Source of the DNA: Abditibacterium sp.
GTDB lineage: Bacteria; Armatimonadota; Abditibacteriia; Abditibacteriales; Abditibacteriaceae
Length of the DNA stretch: 64,000 bases
Direction of reading: 5' to 3'
Assembly: GCA_965199495.1 (NCBI GenBank)
Contig: CBDASK010000003.1
Coordinates: 1,472,001-1,536,000 of the forward strand
The translations under genes and the position numbers were made by a program. Numbering within the stretch: position 1 is the stretch's first letter; every line of letters starts with the position of its first letter. Shown here one piece after another: positions 59,012-64,000 of the stretch. The notes beneath the pieces were generated by a model that was not told the DNA's origin, ran no database searches, and saw nothing but the letters and a program-made list of their open reading frames with translations.

Positions 59012-59356
59012 TCAGTCCAAACCGTCCGATTCTGGCGCGCGGGCGCCCACAATAAACCAAATCAACATTCCAGCCCCACTACCAGCCACGGCGCCGGTGA
59101 ACAATGCCAAAAACAGGGAAACGATCGCCATAAATGGATTGTCAATATCATCGGTTGCGCTGAGCATCATCCAAAGCAGAGCAAGCGCGCCAAAGCCGCC
59201 CAACGCGCCGCCGCCGAAAAACAAAAGCACGCCGCCAAACCAGCCGACGATCCATTTAGGCGGCGGTTTAAGAGGCTTGCGCCGCTTTTTTGGCGCCGAG
59301 TTGCCAGTGAACTCGATGCGATGTTTCGGCGATTCCGATGGCAAGTTTGAAGACAT
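59012..59356 (-). CDS. Hypothetical Gly-rich membrane protein
   Basis: Two hydrophobic Gly-rich helices. Confidence 0.6.
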   Translation of the reverse strand: MSSNLPSESPKHRIEFTGNSAPKKRRKPLKPPPKWIVGWFGGVLLFFGGGALGGFGALALLWMMLSATDDIDNPFMAIVSLFLALFTGAVAGSGAGMLIWFIVGARAPESDGLD

Positions 59357-59367
59357 AGAAATTGGTT

Positions 59368-59694
59368 TCAACCCGGCAAATAACTCGCGCAACGCGCTTT
59401 GAGAAGTTCGACCAAATCGTCATCCATATATTCGTAATCGTCGGGAATATCCAAAACCGCGACGCGTTTTCCGGCGAGTTCCCGTTTGATCCTGCGATTC
59501 AAACGCGTTTTATGCGCGCTTTCCATTACCAAAATCAAGTCGGCCCATTCGATTTGTTCGCTGCACAATGGAACTTCCGCATCGTTGTTGAGGCCCGCTG
59601 AATCGGTTGCGACGCCTTCATAATCGGCAAACAAATCCGCCGCTGTTGGGCTGCGCAGTTTGTTTTGCGAACAGAGAAAAAGAATATGTTTCAT
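59368..59694 (-). CDS. Low-molecular-weight protein tyrosine phosphatase-like protein
   Basis: LFLCSQNKLRSPTA (CX5R), EWADLILVME, LDIPDDY. Confidence 0.9.
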   Translation of the reverse strand: MKHILFLCSQNKLRSPTAADLFADYEGVATDSAGLNNDAEVPLCSEQIEWADLILVMESAHKTRLNRRIKRELAGKRVAVLDIPDDYEYMDDDLVELLKARCASYLPG

Positions 59695-60060
59695 CGGGAA
59701 TTACGATTGTCTTCCATTTTTCGCCGCCAAACTTCGCCAACAACTTCATCCAAAGCCTTGACCTGCGCTTCCGATGTCGAAGTTTGAGACACGATTTGAA
59801 ACCCGCTGTTGATGCCCGTCGGCCCATGAATGACGCGCACGAATCCGCCACGAGAACTGTGTCCATGCTCGACAACAATATCGGAGACAACGCAAAACTC
59901 GCGCTGAATTTCGGCTAACAATCGCTCTTTGACTTTGCCGACCGATTCGAGCGCCGTAGGCCGCGCGCCGCTCGATGCCAGAGATGGCGTGACCAACGAT
60001 AACCAACGGGCCTTCTTCGTCATAATCTACGCGGATTTGAAAATCTTCGGGACGAATCAT
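59691..60060 (-). pseudogene. Probably one frameshifted gene encoding two similar small domains
   Basis: Start of track ORF 59746-60060 joins the end of ORF 59691-60023 across a CG run at about 59961-59970. Confidence 0.55.
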
Positions 60061-60264
60061 GGACGAAAGTTTACCGGCGATGACCCAACCAGAACGCGAC
60101 TTATCGCACGCCGCTCACTGCGTTGGGGATAACTTATTCGCTTGCGGGCATAAATCGAGTGAAAGCGCGCGTTGGAGCGAATCGCGTTGTTTTCAATGGA
60201 AATTAAACCGCAGAAACAGTTGCCGTTTCGAGTGGCAGAAGTTAGAATGTTTGGGGTTGCTCAT

Positions 60265-60312
60265 TCGCTACATTTTGTGGCACACCCAGACGCGCGGCAC
60301 AAGATGTTGCGC
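60265..60312 (+). promoter_or_regulatory. Tandem NrdR boxes
   Basis: TCGCTACATTTTGTGG (60265) and GCACAAGATGTTGCGC (60297) resemble acaCwAtATaTwGtg, start-to-start spacing 32 bp, directly upstream of the RNR gene. Confidence 0.75.
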
Positions 60313-60332
60313 TTTTCGCTTTTTTTAACCTC

Positions 60333-63300
60333 ATGGATAACACCACTCCCCTCGCCCCCGAAATTGCCGCTCCACAAAACGGCGCGCCCGCAATGGCGAC
60401 GCACCTCACGCCGCCGACCAGCGTGACCAACGGACACACTTCACCCATCGGCGCCGCTTACGGCGATGGAGCCACGCCGACTGACCTCAACGCATCGGTG
60501 ACCGGCAAAAGCGACGGCAAAGGCGGTTGGACGCCCGGCTTTCGCGCCAAGACTTCGCCCGAACGCGCGCTCAAATGGGAGCGCCATTTCACCGAACCGG
60601 GCCAAGACCCATTCGAGACGCTCGACTGGGAAATGCGCACGGCGGGCATTACGGGCGAAGACGGCAAATCGGTCTTTGAACAAACCGATTGCGAAATTCC
60701 CAAACCGTGGTCACAACTCGCCACCAACGTCGTGGTCAGCAAATATTTTCGCGGCCCGATCAATTCGCCCCAGCGCGAACATTCGGTCAAACAGGTGATT
60801 GGCCGCGTGGCGGATACCATCGGTTTGTGGGGCGCGCAGGGCGGCTATTTCGCCAGCGACGAAGACGCCGAAAACTTCCGCGATGAACTGGCTTATTTGC
60901 TCGTTCATCAATACGGCGCGTTCAACTCGCCGGTCTGGTTCAATCTGGGCGTGAAAGACGCGAAACAACAATGCAGCGCGTGTTTTATCAACGATGTTTA
61001 CGACGATATGGAAAGCATCATGGAACTGGCGGCGACAGAAGCGCGCCTGTTCAAAGGCGGAAGCGGTGCGGGCGTCAATTTGTGGCGCATCCGTTCGAGC
61101 AAAGAGCAGTTGCGCGGCGGCGGCATCGCCAGCGGCCCGATCTCGTTTATGCGCGGCTGGGATTCGTTCGCGGGCGCGGTGAAATGTCTGACGCCCGATG
61201 CGCAGATTTATACCGACCAGGGTTTGCGCACGGTCGGCGAGCTGATCGATCCGAATTTGGAGCCGGGTTTTCACGCCGATGATTCGGTTGTTTTGGCGAC
61301 CAAAGATGGCCCGACGCGCATCAGTCAGGTTTACGTCAGTCCCCTCGCGCCGACGCGCGAAATGGAGTTGGGACACACCGGTTTGCGTCTGCGCGGCACT
61401 CATCAGCATCCGGTTTTGACGCTGACGCCGCAATTTGAATTGGAGTGGAAAGCGCTTTCGCAGATCAACGTCGGCGACCGCGTGGCTGTGGCGCGCGGCC
61501 AGGAAATGTGGCCCGAAAACGCGCCGACATTCGACTTCGCGCCGCAAACGACATGGGCAAAACTCGACTTGACTTATCCGACGCAGATGACGCCCGAACT
61601 GGCGCGTTTGTTGGGTTACATGACTTCCGAAGGCTGCATGGATGCGCAGCGTTTCCGCTTTTGTAACGCCGATAAGGACGTGTTCGCCGACTTCTTGCGT
61701 TGCGTCGAAGCCGTCTTTGGGCACGACGGGAGCGGTAACGTCAGCGAACGAATCAACGAAAAAACCGGTGTCACGACGCAGATGTTCGAGGCGTGCTGGA
61801 CCAACGCCGTGCGCTTTTTGCAAGTCGCCGGACTGGGCTTTGAAAAGTCGGACGAAAAGCGCGTGCCGCGCTCGATCCTGAGTTCGCCGCGCGAATTGGT
61901 CGTCGAATTTTTGCGCGCCTACTTCGAGGGCGACGGTCACGTTTCGACGTATGTTTACGCATCCAGCGCCTCGCGCGCGCTCTTGGGTGATGTTCAATTG
62001 CTGCTCTTGAACATGGGAATGTTGCCCTTGTTGCGGCGCCATCCCGTCAACGGCAAAGATTACTGGAATTTGTGTTTGCGCGGCGAAGCGGCGTTTCGGT
62101 TCGTGCGCGAAGTCGGCTTTATTTCGGCGCGCAAACAGGCGGCGTCCGATGTCGCGGGCGACAAAAATACCAACATCGACACGCTGCCATTTTTGGTGGA
62201 CGTGTTGCGCCAATACACTTCCAAAAACAAGTATTTCCATTGCTCCGATGGCCAAACGCGCGAGTTGGGTTTTGGCTTTTTCAATCGCAAAGCGGGCAGC
62301 GCGATTTCGTATAATCGTCTGCGTAACACGCCCGCGCTTTTGGATCATTTGGAACAGGTCAATCCGCAACTCGCCGAAACCTTGGAGTGGTTGATGGAAC
62401 GCGAGTTTTTCTGGGACACCGTTAAGTCGGTCGAAGCAGCCACGCCCGCCGTGACCTACGATTTTACCGTGCCGCAAACGCATTCGTTCGTGGCCAACGG
62501 CATCGTCAACCACAATTCGGGAGGAACGACGCGTCGCGCAGCGAAGATGGTAATCCTCAACGCCGACCATCCTGATATCGGCGAGTTCATCACCTGCAAA
62601 GCCGACGAAGAAAAGAAAGCCTGGGCGCTCATCGAGGCGGGTTATAACGGCGGCTTCAACGTGCCGGGCGGCGCCTACGATTCGGTCGCGTTTCAGAACG
62701 CCAACCACAGCGTGCGCGTGACCGACGAGTTCATGCGCGCTGCCGAAAACGATACCAATTGGCAACTGCGCGCCGTCACCACGGGCGCCGTCGTCGAAAC
62801 CAAAAAGGCGCGCCAGATGCTCAAGGACATCGCTCAGACGACGTGGATTTGCGGCGATCCGGGGATGCAATTCGACACCCTTATCAACGAGTGGCACACC
62901 TGCTCCAATTCGGATCGGATTTACGCGAGCAACCCGTGCAGCGAGTTCATGTTCCTCAACTCAACGGCATGTAATTTAGCCTCGTTGAACTTGTTGAAGT
63001 TTTACAACATGGAAACCGGCGAGTTCGACGCGGCGGGTTATGCGCGCGCGTGCGAAGTCTTTATTACCGCGCAGGAAATTATCGTTTCGTTCGCATCGTA
63101 TCCAACGCAAAAAATCGGCGAGATGAGCGAGCAATATCGTCCGCTTGGTCTGGGTTATGCCAACCTCGGCGCTTTGCTGATGGCCAAAGGTTTGGCCTAC
63201 GACAGCGACGAAGGCCGCGCTTTAGCGGGCGCTTTGACAGCGATTATGACGGGCGCGGCCTATCGTAAATCGGCGCAAATCGCGCGCAACACCGGGCCGT

Positions 63301-64000
63301 TTGAGGGCTACGTCCAGAACAAAGAACCAATGCTGCGCGTCATCGCCAAACACCGCGATGCGGTGAATCGCATTGACACAACGCTCGTCGCCGAAAACGT
63401 GATGCAGGAAGCGCGCAACGCGTGGGACGATGCGTATATGACGGGGCAAAAGTATGGCTATCGCAATTCGCAGGCGACAGTTTTGGCGCCGACCGGCACT
63501 ATATCTTTCATGATGGATTGCGATACGACTGGCGTCGAGCCGGACATCGCACTCGTCAAATACAAGAAGTTGGTCGGCGGCGGTTTGCTCAAAATCGTCA
63601 ATCAGACGGTTCCGGCGGCGTTGCGCAACTTGGGATATAACGAAAGCGAGATCAAATCCATCGTGGATTACATCGACAAAAACGATACCATCGAAGGTGC
63701 GCCCGGCTTGCTCGATGAGCATTTGTCGGTCTTCGATTGCGCGTTCAAGGCGATGAACGGCACCCGTTCGATTCATCACATGGGCCACATCAAGATGATG
63801 GCGGCGACGCAACCGTTTATTAGCGGCGCGATTTCCAAGTGCGTGACGGGCGAAACGTTGGTAGCCACGGCGGGCGGCATCGTGCCGATTGGCAGCTTTT
63901 ATCGAGGCGAAAAGCCGGGCGAATTCACGCCGGTCGCGGCCAAACTCGCTTCGATCGGCGCGCCGCAAGACGCCGACTTGTTCTATTACGGCGGCAATCG
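60333..64000 (+). CDS. nrdJ: Class II (adenosylcobalamin-dependent) ribonucleotide reductase with two inteins; runs off the right edge
   Basis: Not in the ORF track (no stop). Manual translation: WSQLATNVVVSKYF, FNSPVWFN, CSACFI, SGGTTRRAAKM, ASNPCSE, ACNLASLN, LAPTGTIS, SGAISK. Confidence 0.95.
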   Translation, partial: MDNTTPLAPEIAAPQNGAPAMATHLTPPTSVTNGHTSPIGAAYGDGATPTDLNASVTGKSDGKGGWTPGFRAKTSPERALKWERHFTEPGQDPFETLDWEMRTAGITGEDGKSVFEQTDCEIPKPWSQLATNVVVSKYFRGPINSPQREHSVKQVIGRVADTIGLWGAQGGYFASDEDAENFRDELAYLLVHQYGAFNSPVWFNLGVKDAKQQCSACFINDVYDDMESIMELAATEARLFKGGSGAGVNLWRIRSSKEQLRGGGIASGPISFMRGWDSFAGAVKCLTPDAQIYTDQGLRTVGELIDPNLEPGFHADDSVVLATKDGPTRISQVYVSPLAPTREMELGHTGLRLRGTHQHPVLTLTPQFELEWKALSQINVGDRVAVARGQEMWPENAPTFDFAPQTTWAKLDLTYPTQMTPELARLLGYMTSEGCMDAQRFRFCNADKDVFADFLRCVEAVFGHDGSGNVSERINEKTGVTTQMFEACWTNAVRFLQVAGLGFEKSDEKRVPRSILSSPRELVVEFLRAYFEGDGHVSTYVYASSASRALLGDVQLLLLNMGMLPLLRRHPVNGKDYWNLCLRGEAAFRFVREVGFISARKQAASDVAGDKNTNIDTLPFLVDVLRQYTSKNKYFHCSDGQTRELGFGFFNRKAGSAISYNRLRNTPALLDHLEQVNPQLAETLEWLMEREFFWDTVKSVEAATPAVTYDFTVPQTHSFVANGIVNHNSGGTTRRAAKMVILNADHPDIGEFITCKADEEKKAWALIEAGYNGGFNVPGGAYDSVAFQNANHSVRVTDEFMRAAENDTNWQLRAVTTGAVVETKKARQMLKDIAQTTWICGDPGMQFDTLINEWHTCSNSDRIYASNPCSEFMFLNSTACNLASLNLLKFYNMETGEFDAAGYARACEVFITAQEIIVSFASYPTQKIGEMSEQYRPLGLGYANLGALLMAKGLAYDSDEGRALAGALTAIMTGAAYRKSAQIARNTGPFEGYVQNKEPMLRVIAKHRDAVNRIDTTLVAENVMQEARNAWDDAYMTGQKYGYRNSQATVLAPTGTISFMMDCDTTGVEPDIALVKYKKLVGGGLLKIVNQTVPAALRNLGYNESEIKSIVDYIDKNDTIEGAPGLLDEHLSVFDCAFKAMNGTRSIHHMGHIKMMAATQPFISGAISKCVTGETLVATAGGIVPIGSFYRGEKPGEFTPVAAKLASIGAPQDADLFYYGGN
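61185..62516 (+). mobile_element. Intein 1 in nrdJ (444 aa) with LAGLIDADG homing endonuclease
   Basis: ..AGAVK|CLTPDAQIYT ... HSFVANGIVNHN|SGGTTRR; LLGYMTSEG and FLRAYFEGDG blocks; in frame. Confidence 0.93.
63840..64000 (+). mobile_element. Intein 2 in nrdJ (N-terminal part only)
   Basis: ..SGAISK|CVTGETLVATAGGIVPI is intein block A where TVN would normally follow. Confidence 0.85.

Noticed and set aside
60711..62897. 728-aa minus-strand ORF in the track
   Set aside because: Antisense shadow of nrdJ and its intein; no recognisable motifs.

Overview
GC-rich bacterial chromosomal window, mostly housekeeping genes. The mix of DUF1559/H-X9-DG prepilin-like proteins, csaB, a SpoIVB-S55 fusion and a copper-amine-oxidase-N/LysM protein suggests Armatimonadota/Abditibacteriota; this is an inference only. 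Genes include a partial GH78 rhamnosidase, a moaD-moaE fusion, pentapeptide proteins, Rrf2, aspartokinase, a Fur/L33/MerC cluster, a sortase with its adjacent IPNTG substrate, a Btu/Fec-type ABC transporter, glmS, GH27, an atypical grpE-hsp70-J-like operon, two prepilin-like genes behind a cobalamin riboswitch, nhaA, clpP, tig, tRNA-Gly, galK, an rnpA-yidD fusion, yidC, jag, gmk, coaBC, csaB, msrA, and a class II ribonucleotide reductase with NrdR boxes and two inteins that runs off the right edge. Intergenic spaces hold several families of palindromic REP/MITE-like elements and inverted heptamer arrays. The most striking unexplained signal is a non-palindromic 7-mer, AGCCACG/CGTGGCT. It occurs about 65 times by hand count (about 1 per kb), on both strands and in all six reading frames, much like a DNA-uptake or other genome-wide signal sequence. 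No CRISPR array, rRNA or intact transposase was seen.
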